Part shown: in pieces, positions 34,205 through 44,391 of the stretch | How positions within the stretch are numbered: position 1 is the stretch's first letter | How the letters are laid out: each line of letters begins with the position of its first letter | Origin: an uncultured Clostridium sp. | GTDB lineage: Bacteria; Bacillota; Clostridia; TANB77; CAG-508 | DNA: 64,000 bases | Direction of reading: 5' to 3' | Assembly: GCA_946500615.1 (NCBI GenBank) | Contig: CAMMWP010000004.1 | Location: 4,585 to 68,584 of the forward strand | Notes under the pieces: model-generated | What the model saw: the letters and a program-made list of their open reading frames with translations, nothing else | Told to the model about the DNA's origin: nothing | The model's database searches: none | Made by a program: the position numbers and the translations under genes

Positions 34205-35227
34205 ATGAAAGTATCAGAATTTAATTATCATCTACCAGAAGAATTAATTGCACAAACACCCATAGAAAAAAGAGATGAATCTAGATTAATGGTTTTAAAT
34301 AGAGAGGCACAAACAATAGAACATAAAACATTTAAAAATATTATTGAATATTTAGAGCCGGGAGATTGTTTAGTAAGAAATAATACAAAAGTCATACCAG
34401 CTAGAATTTATGGAAAGAAGGAAACAGGTGCAAATGTAGAATTTTTATTATTAAACAATATAGAAGGAGATATATGGGAAAGTATTGTAAGACCGGGGAA
34501 TAAGCTTCACGTGGGAACAAAAGTCATATTTGGAGATGGGTTATTAACTGCTGAAATTTTAGAAATCATGCCGGGAGGAACAAGAAAGGTAAAATTTACA
34601 TATAAAGGAATATTTAATGAAATTCTAGATAAAATCGGTTTAATGCCATTACCTCCATATATTCATGAAGAATTAAAAGATAATAACCGTTATCAGACAG
34701 TATATGCAAAATATGATGGATCAGCAGCAGCGCCAACAGCAGGACTACATTTTACACCAGAATTGTTACATAAAATAGAAGAAAAAGGTATAAAAATTGC
34801 CAATGTAACATTACATGTGGGAATAGGAACGTTTAGACCAGTGAAAGAAGAAACAGTGGAAAATCATGAAATGCACACAGAACATTTTTATATAAAACAA
34901 GAAGATGCTGAAAAAATAAATGCAACCAAAAAGAATGGGAAAAGAGTGATTGCAGTTGGAACCACTTCTTGTAGAGTACTAGAAACAATTGCAAATGAAA
35001 ACGGACTTGTGAAGGAAACAGAAGGAGATACCAATATATTTATTTATCCAGGATATCATTTTAAATGTTTAGATGGACTAATTACGAATTTTCATTTACC
35101 ACAGTCTACCTTGTTAATGTTGGTTTCAGCATTGGCAGGAAAAGAGTATATCATGAAAGCATATCATGAAGCTGTGAAAGAGAAATATCGCTTTTTTAGC
35201 TTTGGGGATGCTATGTTTATTCAGTAA
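34205..35227 (+). CDS. queA: S-adenosylmethionine:tRNA ribosyltransferase-isomerase
   Basis: [41 protein letters not shown] and [10 protein letters not shown] motifs. Confidence 0.96.
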   Translation: MKVSEFNYHLPEELIAQTPIEKRDESRLMVLNREAQTIEHKTFKNIIEYLEPGDCLVRNNTKVIPARIYGKKETGANVEFLLLNNIEGDIWESIVRPGNKLHVGTKVIFGDGLLTAEILEIMPGGTRKVKFTYKGIFNEILDKIGLMPLPPYIHEELKDNNRYQTVYAKYDGSAAAPTAGLHFTPELLHKIEEKGIKIANVTLHVGIGTFRPVKEETVENHEMHTEHFYIKQEDAEKINATKKNGKRVIAVGTTSCRVLETIANENGLVKETEGDTNIFIYPGYHFKCLDGLITNFHLPQSTLLMLVSALAGKEYIMKAYHEAVKEKYRFFSFGDAMFIQ

Positions 35228-35240
35228 ACAAGAAATATAA

Positions 35241-36374
<1,134 letters not shown>

Positions 36375-36385
36375 GAGGGATACAA

Positions 36386-37837
36386 ATGAATTTAATAGAT
36401 GAAGATTTTAATCCAAAGAAGGAAGTAGACAAAACAAAAAAAATTACAAGAATGATTATTATAGCAATTGTTTTAGTTGTTATTTTAATTATAGCGATAT
36501 TTTCATATATGTTGTATCTAGAAAAATTAAAATTAGAAGTCATAGTAAATGGGCAACAGAATATAGAGATAACGAACTCATTTGTATTTGAAAATGATGG
36601 AACAATATATGTGCCAGTTAGAAAAATGGCTTCCTATTTTAGTTATAGTTCTTATAGTGGAGAATATACTAATAAATCAGAAGATTCTAGCAAATGCTAT
36701 GTTGAATGTGAGGGAGAAGTAGTCAATCTTACTTTGAATTCTAATAAAATATACAAACTAAGTTTACAGAATATGGATAATAATTATACATATATTTATA
36801 TGGACAAGCCTGTAAAAGCAATTAATGGAGAATTGTATGTTACAACAGAAGGTATGCAAAAAATATTTAACACAACATTTGACTATAATCAAGAAACAAA
36901 TACAATATCGATTTATACAATGCCATATTTGATTAGTTTAAATTCAAATATGATTTTAAATTATGGATATACAGCAATTAGCGAACAATTTGAAAATCGC
37001 AAAGCAATTATACAAGGAATGCTTGTTGTTACAAACGATAAATATGTGGGAGTGATTAACGCAAATGATGGTACAGAAATATTAGAATGTAAATATGATG
37101 ATATCACTTATCAAGAAACAACAGGAGACTTTATTGTAAGTAGTAATAATAAATACGGTATTATTGGTACAAATAAGGAAACAAAAGTAGATATTTCTTA
37201 TGATAACATTTTATTAATGGATTATGATGCTGGATTGTATCTTGTAACCAAAAACGGAAAATATGGTGTAATAGACTTAGAAGGAAATAATGTTATTTAT
37301 GCAGAAAATGATCAAATTGGTATAGATATTTCTAATTTTTCAGAAAATGATTTGAAAACAGGGTATATATTGGTAGATAATTTAATACCAGTTCAAAAAA
37401 ATGGTAAATGGGGATTATTTGATAAGAAGGGAAAACAAGTTGTTAACTTTGAATATGATAGTTTAGGATATATTGCAAATAATAGTAGAGAAGCACTTAA
37501 TTTATTAGTAATACCAGACTATGATGTTGTTGTAGCTTGTTTAAATGATAGATATACATTATTGAACAAATTTGGGGAGCAAACATTTAAAGCCTTTGTA
37601 GATGATATTTATATGACAGTAAGTGGAGGCGAAAAGAGCTATGTAATGATTGCAAACAACAAAAACTATGATGTAGAAGACTACTTAGATAGATTAGGTG
37701 TAAAACCTACAAATAAAAAAGATGAAGAGGAAGAAGAAGAAACAGACACAAATACTATTAATATACCAAGTGATGAACAACAAAATCAACCAGAAGAAAC
37801 ACAACCAGAAGAAGTACAAGAATCAGAGGAGCATTAA
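36386..37837 (+). CDS. Membrane-anchored WG-repeat (KWG) protein with an acidic C-terminal tail
   Basis: N-terminal TM helix and a stalk-like segment (TIYVPVRKMASYF). Repeats are of the type GKYGVIDLEGNNVIY and GKWGLFDKKGKQVVNFEYD. The protein ends in DEEEEEETD..PEETQPEEVQESEEH. Confidence 0.65.
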   Translation: MNLIDEDFNPKKEVDKTKKITRMIIIAIVLVVILIIAIFSYMLYLEKLKLEVIVNGQQNIEITNSFVFENDGTIYVPVRKMASYFSYSSYSGEYTNKSEDSSKCYVECEGEVVNLTLNSNKIYKLSLQNMDNNYTYIYMDKPVKAINGELYVTTEGMQKIFNTTFDYNQETNTISIYTMPYLISLNSNMILNYGYTAISEQFENRKAIIQGMLVVTNDKYVGVINANDGTEILECKYDDITYQETTGDFIVSSNNKYGIIGTNKETKVDISYDNILLMDYDAGLYLVTKNGKYGVIDLEGNNVIYAENDQIGIDISNFSENDLKTGYILVDNLIPVQKNGKWGLFDKKGKQVVNFEYDSLGYIANNSREALNLLVIPDYDVVVACLNDRYTLLNKFGEQTFKAFVDDIYMTVSGGEKSYVMIANNKNYDVEDYLDRLGVKPTNKKDEEEEEETDTNTINIPSDEQQNQPEETQPEEVQESEEH

Positions 37838-37843
37838 CAAAAA

Positions 37844-37883
37844 AGAGAATATTTATTTAAAAAAGTAAATATTCTCTATTTTT
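37844..37883 (+). terminator. Rho-independent terminator
   Basis: Perfect 12-bp stem AGAGAATATTTA / TAAATATTCTCT followed by ATTTTT. Confidence 0.8.
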
Positions 37884-37970
37884 GACCAGTCGTACTAATA
37901 GAAAAAAAATGAAAAATGATATATAAATAAATGAGACGCTAAACAGATGTAAACGGAAAAGAGGTATTTT

Positions 37971-38915
37971 GTGAATAATATAAAAATAGTAGCAAATAGT
38001 GCATATTTTCCCAAAAAAGAAGTAAAAAATAACGAGTTGGAAAATTACCTAAAATTAGAAAAGGGATATATAGAAAAAAGAACAGGAATAAAAAATAGAT
38101 ATTATGCAACAAATGAAAAAATAGAAGATATGGCATTAAAAGCAGTTCAAAATATGATAGGTCAATCTGAACAGAATATGGACATTCATCATATAGATTT
38201 GATTATTGTAGCAACAACAAGTACGGATATACTAATGCCGGGAATTGCAAACTATGTTCAAAAAATGTTAGATATACCCCCATGCATGTGTATCGATATA
38301 TTAGCAGGATGTAGTGGATATATTAATGCTTTAGATATGGCTAAAGCCTATATAGATTGTGGAAAAATCAATAAAGCACTAATTATTGGGGTAGATAAAC
38401 TTTCAAGTGTGATAGATGAAAAAGATATGGGAACAGCAATTGTTTTATCAGATGGAGCAGGTGCGACATTGGTAGAAAGGGATGTCAACCATTCTGCTTC
38501 AAAGCTTTATATATCTCATATCAAATCTGAAGGTGCACATAACGAAATATTAACCTATCAATATGGAAAAAAGTTATATATGAATGGAACAGAAGTATAT
38601 AAATATGCAGTGACAGAAACAGTAAAAAATATGAATGAATTGTTGGATAAAGCCAAATGGACATTAGATGATGTTGCCTATATCATACCACATCAGTCAA
38701 ACTTAAAAATTATGAAAGCGATTGCATCTAGATTGCATGTTGGTATGGATAAAATGTATACCAATATACAAACAAGAGGAAATACTTTTTGTGCAAGTAT
38801 ACCGATTGCTTTGTATGAGATGCAAAGAGAGCAACGACTAAAAGTAGGAGATAAAATTATTCTGCTAGGATATGGTGGAGGATTAAATACTGGTAGTATT
38901 TTAATGGAAATATGA
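37971..38915 (+). CDS. fabH: 3-oxoacyl-ACP synthase III
   Basis: GTG start after AAGAGG. LAGCSGYINAL (active Cys), IPHQSN and GNTFCASIP motifs. Confidence 0.93.
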   Translation: MNNIKIVANSAYFPKKEVKNNELENYLKLEKGYIEKRTGIKNRYYATNEKIEDMALKAVQNMIGQSEQNMDIHHIDLIIVATTSTDILMPGIANYVQKMLDIPPCMCIDILAGCSGYINALDMAKAYIDCGKINKALIIGVDKLSSVIDEKDMGTAIVLSDGAGATLVERDVNHSASKLYISHIKSEGAHNEILTYQYGKKLYMNGTEVYKYAVTETVKNMNELLDKAKWTLDDVAYIIPHQSNLKIMKAIASRLHVGMDKMYTNIQTRGNTFCASIPIALYEMQREQRLKVGDKIILLGYGGGLNTGSILMEI

Positions 38916-38933
38916 TAGCTTAAATCAAAAATT

Positions 38934-39030
38934 TTATATAGAATTTCTAATATTCTCCAATTACATTCGTAATTTCATAAAATTTTATATACGGTATCTC
39001 AAACTTCATAAAAGATTAGATTGCATATAT
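38934..39030 (+). repeat. Family-C intergenic repeat
   Basis: TTTTATATAGAATTTCTAATATTCTCCAATTACATTCGTAATTTCATAAAATTTTATATACGGTATCTCAAAC. It begins 18 nt after the fabH stop. Confidence 0.7.
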
Positions 39031-39113
39031 ATGGAGAAATTTTTATTTAAAATTAAGGCAAATATACTATTATACAATAAAAGAATTAATTTAAAAGAAA
39101 GGATGAAGAAAAA

Positions 39114-40043
39114 ATGAAAAGAGCATTTTTATTTCCGGGACAAGGAGCACAAGTTGTTGGAATGGGAAAAGATATTTATGAAAAGTATGATGAAGCAAAG
39201 AAAATTTATGAAGAGGCTTCAAATATTTCTGGAATAGACATCAAGAAACTTTGCTTTGAAGGGCCAGAAGAAGAATTAAACAAAACAGAAAATACGCAAA
39301 TTGCTATATTAACAACAAGTCTTGCAATACTAGAAGTATTAAAGGCAAAAGGAATACAAGCAGATATAGCGACAGGTTTAAGTTTAGGAGAATATGGCGC
39401 TTTGATTTATTCAGGCATTATTCGTTTTGAAGATGGGATTAAACTAATACAAAAAAGAGGTTACTACATGGGAAATTTATTACCAAATGAAACCTATGCT
39501 ATGGCAGCTGTTATTGGTTTAGATTCAGAAAAAATAGAAGAAGTTTGCAAAGAAATTTCCAAAAAAGGAAAATTTATTGTTGTGGCAAACTACAATTGTA
39601 AAGTTCAAACTGTCATTTCTGGAGAAGAAGAAGCTATTGAAAAAGCAACAGAGATGCTAAAATCTATGGGAGCAAAAAGAGTGCTAAAATTAAATACAAG
39701 TGGACCATTTCACACGATAAAATTAGAAAAAGCAAAAGAAGCTTATGAAAAAGAATTAGAAAATGTGAATTTTCATGTGAATGAAGAAATAAAGGTCATA
39801 AAAAATATTGATGGTACATATTACCATAAAGGAGATAACATAAAAGAAATTTTAGCAAATCACATTATTAGTCCAGTAAGATTTGATAAAGCCATTCAAT
39901 TAATGGAAGAAGAAAAAGTAGAAGAATATGTTGAAATTGGACCGGGAAGAACATTAACAGGATTTATAAAAAAGGAAAATAAAGAAGCAAACACTTACAA
40001 TATTAGCAATTTAGAAACTTTAGAAGCATATTTAGAAAAATAA
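39114..40043 (+). CDS. fabD: Malonyl-CoA:ACP transacylase
   Basis: FLFPGQGAQ, GLSLGEYGAL (active Ser) and GPFHT motifs. Confidence 0.95.
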   Translation: MKRAFLFPGQGAQVVGMGKDIYEKYDEAKKIYEEASNISGIDIKKLCFEGPEEELNKTENTQIAILTTSLAILEVLKAKGIQADIATGLSLGEYGALIYSGIIRFEDGIKLIQKRGYYMGNLLPNETYAMAAVIGLDSEKIEEVCKEISKKGKFIVVANYNCKVQTVISGEEEAIEKATEMLKSMGAKRVLKLNTSGPFHTIKLEKAKEAYEKELENVNFHVNEEIKVIKNIDGTYYHKGDNIKEILANHIISPVRFDKAIQLMEEEKVEEYVEIGPGRTLTGFIKKENKEANTYNISNLETLEAYLEK

Positions 40044-40137
40044 ACGATATATATATGTTTTGTCACATATGTGCTAAAATAAATTTTGAATAAAAAGTAA
40101 TCAAAAATGAAATATTTTAAAGAAAGGATGAATCAAA

Positions 40138-40878
40138 ATGGAAGGAAATAAAACTGTATTTGTCACAGGAGCCTCAAGAGGAATAGGAAAAGAAGTAGCC
40201 TTAAAATTTGCAGAAAATGGATATAATGTTGTAATTAATTATGTTTCAAACAAAACAAATGTTGAAGAATTAAAAAAAGAGTTTGAAAATAAAGGAGCAA
40301 AAAGCCTAATCATGCAAGCAGATGTAACAGATGTAGGTGCAATAGAAACACTTGTAAAAACTGCAATAGAAGAATTTGGAAGTATAGATGTGTTAGTAAA
40401 CAATGCAGGTATTACAAGAGATAATTTATTAATGAGAATGAGTGAAGAAGAATTTGATAAAGTGATAGAAATTAATTTAAAAGGAACTTATATTGTAACA
40501 AAAGCAGTTACAAAATATATGATGAAAAAAAGAAAAGGAAGTATTATCAATTTAGCATCTGTTGTAGGAGTGGCAGGTAATGCAGGACAATGCAATTATG
40601 CAGCTTCAAAAGCGGGAATTATCGGATTTACAAAAAGTATTGCAAAAGAATTGGCCTCAAGAAATATTCGTTCAAATGCAGTAGCACCGGGATTTATAGA
40701 AACAGACATGACGGCTGTTTTATCAGATGAAGTAAAAGAAAATATATATAATCAAATCCCATTAAAAAGAATGGGAACGGCTAAAGAAGTAGCAAACTTA
40801 GTCTATTTCTTAGGATCTGATGAGAGTGACTATATGACAGGTCAAGTGATTAATATTGATGGTGGAATGGTAATGTAA
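40138..40878 (+). CDS. fabG: 3-oxoacyl-ACP reductase
   Basis: VTGASRGIG, NNAGI and YAASKAG motifs (SDR), 246 aa. Confidence 0.95.
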   Translation: MEGNKTVFVTGASRGIGKEVALKFAENGYNVVINYVSNKTNVEELKKEFENKGAKSLIMQADVTDVGAIETLVKTAIEEFGSIDVLVNNAGITRDNLLMRMSEEEFDKVIEINLKGTYIVTKAVTKYMMKKRKGSIINLASVVGVAGNAGQCNYAASKAGIIGFTKSIAKELASRNIRSNAVAPGFIETDMTAVLSDEVKENIYNQIPLKRMGTAKEVANLVYFLGSDESDYMTGQVINIDGGMVM

Positions 40879-41003
40879 AAACAAATTGAAAGCAGTATCT
40901 TGCACATTTTTGATACGAAATTCAACCTTCGACATACAAAAAGTATGCCTTCAGTTTGAATTTTGTATCAAAAATGCACAATATACTACTTTGAATTTGT
41001 TTT
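40879..41003. repeat. 125-bp imperfect palindrome filling the fabG-fabF spacer
   Basis: Left arm AAACAAATTGAAAGCAGTATCTTGCACATTTTTGATACGAAATTCAA. The right arm reverse-complements to AAACAAATTCAAAGTAGTATATTGTGCATTTTTGATACAAAATTCAA. The centre contains CATAC-N5-GTATG. Confidence 0.8.
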
Positions 41004-41075
41004 AAAACAGACCAATCAAAAATATCTTGTACTTGAAGATTAAATGGAATATAGAAAAAGAAAGGAAAGAAAAAA

Positions 41076-42317
41076 ATGGAAAGAAGAGTTGTAATTACAG
41101 GTTTAGGAGCAATAACTCCAATAGGAAACAATGCAAAAGAATTTTGGGATGGAATCAAAACCGGTAAATGTGGAATTGATGAAATAAAAAGTTTTGATGC
41201 GACAAACTTTAAAGTAAAATTAGCGGCAGAATTAAAAAATTTTAATCCAGAAGATTATTTTGACAAAAGAGAAGCAAAACGATTAGATAAATTTTCCCAA
41301 TATGCTATGATAGCTGCCAGAGAAGCTTGGAAAGATAGCGGATTAGACAAAGAAACTGAAAATATGGAAAGAGTAGGAATTATTATTGGATCTGGAATTG
41401 GAGGAATTAAAACAATCGAAGTAGAAAACGAAAAATGTATTACAAGAGGGCCCGATAGAGTGTCTCCTATGTATATTCCTATGGGAATTTTAAATATGGC
41501 AACAGGTAATGTAGCAATTGATATAGGAGCAAAAGGAGAGTCTATGGCTATGGTTACAGCATGTGCATCTGGAACACATTGCATTGGAGAAAGTTTCAGA
41601 ATGATAAAACATGGATATCAAGACATTGTTTTGACAGGAGGAACAGAAGCAGGGATTACACCTCTTAGTATAGCAGGATTTACCAATATTAAAGCTTTAA
41701 CAAAATCAGAAGATAAAAGTAGAGCAAGTATTCCATTTGACAAAGAAAGAAGTGGATTTGTTATGGGAGAAGGTGCTGGTGTTATCATATTAGAAGAATT
41801 AGAACATGCCAAAAAAAGAGGAGCAAAAATATATGCAGAAATGGTTGGCTATGGTGCTACATCTGATGCTTATCATATCACATCTCCTGCACCAGAAGGA
41901 GAAGGTGGAGCAAGAGCGATGAAACTTGCTATGGAAGATGGAAAAGTAAAACCAGAAGAAATTACATATATTAATGCACACGGTACATCAACACATTTAA
42001 ATGATGCTTGTGAGACACAAGCTATCAAAACAGCTTTAGGAGAAGAAAATGCTAAAAAAGTAATGGTAAGTTCAACTAAAGGACATACAGGACATTTATT
42101 AGGTGCAGCAGGTGGAATAGAAGCTATTGTATGTGCAAAAGCAGTTGAAGAAGGATTTGTGCCAGCGACTATCAATTATCAAGTTCCAGATGAAGCGTGT
42201 GATTTAGATATTGTTCCAAATGAAGGTAGAAATGTAGAAGTAAAATATGCAATTTCTAATTCACTAGGATTTGGCGGACATAATAGTAGTATTTTATTAA
42301 AAAAATATGAAGAATAG
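41076..42317 (+). CDS. fabF: 3-oxoacyl-ACP synthase II
   Basis: TACASGTH (active Cys), NAHGTST and GHLLGAAG motifs, 413 aa. Confidence 0.96.
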   Translation: MERRVVITGLGAITPIGNNAKEFWDGIKTGKCGIDEIKSFDATNFKVKLAAELKNFNPEDYFDKREAKRLDKFSQYAMIAAREAWKDSGLDKETENMERVGIIIGSGIGGIKTIEVENEKCITRGPDRVSPMYIPMGILNMATGNVAIDIGAKGESMAMVTACASGTHCIGESFRMIKHGYQDIVLTGGTEAGITPLSIAGFTNIKALTKSEDKSRASIPFDKERSGFVMGEGAGVIILEELEHAKKRGAKIYAEMVGYGATSDAYHITSPAPEGEGGARAMKLAMEDGKVKPEEITYINAHGTSTHLNDACETQAIKTALGEENAKKVMVSSTKGHTGHLLGAAGGIEAIVCAKAVEEGFVPATINYQVPDEACDLDIVPNEGRNVEVKYAISNSLGFGGHNSSILLKKYEE

Positions 42318-42359
42318 AAGCATTTCATCATTTTAAAAGTATAATTATGAATTATGAAT

Positions 42360-42557
42360 AAAGATGATATGATTTAGATTTCATAAATTCTTCGGTTCAA
42401 TACGATAATTAAGAATTTGTAACATCATATATTGAGCCTCTTTCACTCAGACCCTCACTATGTGAGTACCGTGAACATTCCTCAATATATGATTAACAAA
42501 TTCTAAAATATCTCCAATCACATTCAAAATTTATTCAATCTAAATCATATCATCTTT
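42360..42557. repeat. ~200-bp palindromic element made of two inverted family-C-like arms
   Basis: Exact 21-bp termini AAAGATGATATGATTTAGATT / AATCTAAATCATATCATCTTT. The arms stay complementary inward. The right arm (..AATTCTAAAATATCTCCAATCACATTCAAAATTT..) matches the 38934 family-C copy. Confidence 0.8.
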
Positions 42558-42667
42558 ATAGAGATAAAAAGTTATATGAAATTACAGATTTTATAATAAA
42601 TTAATTATTTAGTACTTTTCAAATTAAGAAAAATGATGTAAAATGAAAACAAAAACGGAGGTAGAAA

Positions 42668-43129
42668 ATGGATTATAAAGATATTAAAAAATTAATGGAT
42701 GACATGGGAAATTCTAAGCTAGAAGAATTAGAAATCGAATTTCCAGATGGTGTAAAAATAAGCATGAAAAAAAGTGAAAAAAGAGAAGTTATAGTAGAAC
42801 CACATGTAATAGAAGCAAGTGCACCAATTTCTGTTCCTGTAGTAAAACCACAAGAAGAAAAAGGAATGGTTACCATAGAAAAAAAGGAAGAAAACTATAA
42901 AGTAATAAAATCACCAATGGTAGGTACATTTTATGCAAGTTCATCACCAGACAAAGAACCATATGTAAAAGTAGGAGATAAAATTTCAAAAGGGCAAGTA
43001 GTATGTATCGTAGAAGCCATGAAATTAATGAATGAAATTGAATCTGAATTTGATGGTGAAATCGTAGAAATTTGTGTAAAAAATGAAGATGTTGTAGAAT
43101 ACGGAACCCCATTATTTAAAATTAGATAG
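42668..43129 (+). CDS. accB: Biotin carboxyl carrier protein of acetyl-CoA carboxylase
   Basis: C-terminal biotinyl domain with VEAMKLMNEIE. 153 aa. Confidence 0.92.
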   Translation: MDYKDIKKLMDDMGNSKLEELEIEFPDGVKISMKKSEKREVIVEPHVIEASAPISVPVVKPQEEKGMVTIEKKEENYKVIKSPMVGTFYASSSPDKEPYVKVGDKISKGQVVCIVEAMKLMNEIESEFDGEIVEICVKNEDVVEYGTPLFKIR

Positions 43130-43177
43130 TGTCCAATTAGCTGTCCAATTAGGGACGTTTCTTTTTGAGACATTTTT
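43127..43177 (+). repeat. Family-A repeat
   Basis: TAG-TGTCCAATTAG-C-TGTCCAATTAG-GGACGTTTCTTTTTGAGACATTT. It begins at the accB TAG stop. Confidence 0.8.
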
Positions 43178-43249
43178 ATGTAAACAACAAAATGATATAT
43201 TCTACCAAATGAAAAAGATAAATGATAATATGGAAGGAAAGAGAATAAC

Positions 43250-43672
43250 ATGTTAAATAAAGAGCAAATTAAAGAGATTATTCCTCAAAGGGAACCATTT
43301 TTAATGATAGATGAAGTGGAAGCATATATTCCGGGAGAAAGTGCAGTAGCTTATAAGAATGTAAGTGAAGATGAATATTATTTTAAAGGCCATTTTCCGG
43401 GAAATCCAATTATGCCGGGTGTTTTGATTGTAGAATCATTAGCACAAACTGGTGCAGTTGCGATTCTTTCGATGGAAGAGAATAAAGGAAAGAATGCACT
43501 TTTTGGTGGTGTTGATAAATTAAGATTTAAAAAACAAGTGGTTCCAGGGGACAGGTTAAAATTAGAAGTGAAAATTATTAAAAGAAAAGGACCTATTGGG
43601 GTTGGAGAAGCATTAGCAACAGTTGATGGTAAAGTGGCAGTAAAGGGAGAGTTAACTTTTGCAGTAGTATAG
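43250..43672 (+). CDS. fabZ: 3-hydroxyacyl-ACP dehydratase
   Basis: [30 protein letters not shown] motifs. 140 aa. Confidence 0.95.
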   Translation: MLNKEQIKEIIPQREPFLMIDEVEAYIPGESAVAYKNVSEDEYYFKGHFPGNPIMPGVLIVESLAQTGAVAILSMEENKGKNALFGGVDKLRFKKQVVPGDRLKLEVKIIKRKGPIGVGEALATVDGKVAVKGELTFAVV

Positions 43673-43681
43673 ATAAATCAT

Positions 43682-43775
43682 TATATATTAGAATTTCTAA
43701 AACGATTCTGTCGCATTCGAACGTTAAAAATATACCATATGGCTATTCTCAATTAGAAAACTGAATGGTACTATT
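43682..43775 (+). repeat. Family-C intergenic repeat (fullest copy)
   Basis: TATATATTAGAATTTCTAAAACGATTCTGTCGCATTCGAACGTTAAAAATATACCATATGGCTATTCTCAATTAG. It begins 10 nt after the fabZ stop. Confidence 0.75.
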
Positions 43776-43802
43776 CTTAGTTATAGTAATAATACAACAA
43801 AT

Positions 43803-43848
43803 AAAAAATGATTATAGCATACATATATTTTATCTATAATCATTTTTT
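43803..43848. terminator. Bidirectional Rho-independent terminator (fab operon / XRE gene)
   Basis: Perfect 15-bp stem AAAAAATGATTATAG / CTATAATCATTTTTT with A/T runs on both sides. The right arm overlaps the XRE gene stop. Confidence 0.7.
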
Positions 43849-44107
43849 ATGCTTCATAATATTGATCTGTGTTATCATATAAATCTTCTAAAGTAATACC
43901 TAAAACTTTACAAAAAGCCAAAGCTTCAAAGTCTTTTACTGTTTTTTTGCCATATTCAATTTCATAAATATCACAAATATACATTGTAACACCAATTAAA
44001 TCTAATTTTTTACAAATTTCTGGTTGTGAAATTTTTTTTAATTTTCTGTATTTTCTTAAATTTTTTCCAATAATATTTAAATTCCCATTTAATGTTTTTA
44101 CCTTCAT
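43847..44107 (-). CDS. XRE-family helix-turn-helix transcriptional regulator
   Basis: IGKNLRKYRKLKKISQPEICKKLDL.. (HTH_3-like). The ATG at 44107 is 5 nt from GGGAGG. The ORF-track GTG at 44113 overlaps the RBS. Confidence 0.8.
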   Translation of the reverse strand: MKVKTLNGNLNIIGKNLRKYRKLKKISQPEICKKLDLIGVTMYICDIYEIEYGKKTVKDFEALAFCKVLGITLEDLYDNTDQYYEA

Positions 44108-44391
44108 GAGCACCTCCCATAAGTTAAAGATAACTGATTTAACTTATATTTTATAGCAAAATTCACTATTATATTACAGGTTGAAACTGTAAATATTACA
44201 AAAATATTTCTAAACAGTGACAAATTAGATACATTTTTTTAGAAAACTTGAAAGTGATCTACAGGATGTGGTATATTAAAAATAAGAAAGCAACAGGATG
44301 TAGTATAAGTTTTATGAAAATGAATGTAATTTTAAAATATAAATTTTCATGAAGCAGATGATATTAAATCAAAAGAGGAGGAGCTTATAAG

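Noticed and set aside
37883-37905. TTGACCAGTCGTACTAATAG upstream of fabH as a possible FapR-type operator.
   Set aside because: It has only partial resemblance to my recollection of the FapR box. No fapR gene is in the window, and I cannot verify the consensus.
38916-41075. I searched the fabH-fabD and fabG-fabF spacers for a missed acpP.
   Set aside because: No frame on either strand gives a ~75-aa acidic ORF with the DSL phosphopantetheine site. The spacers are explained by repeats.
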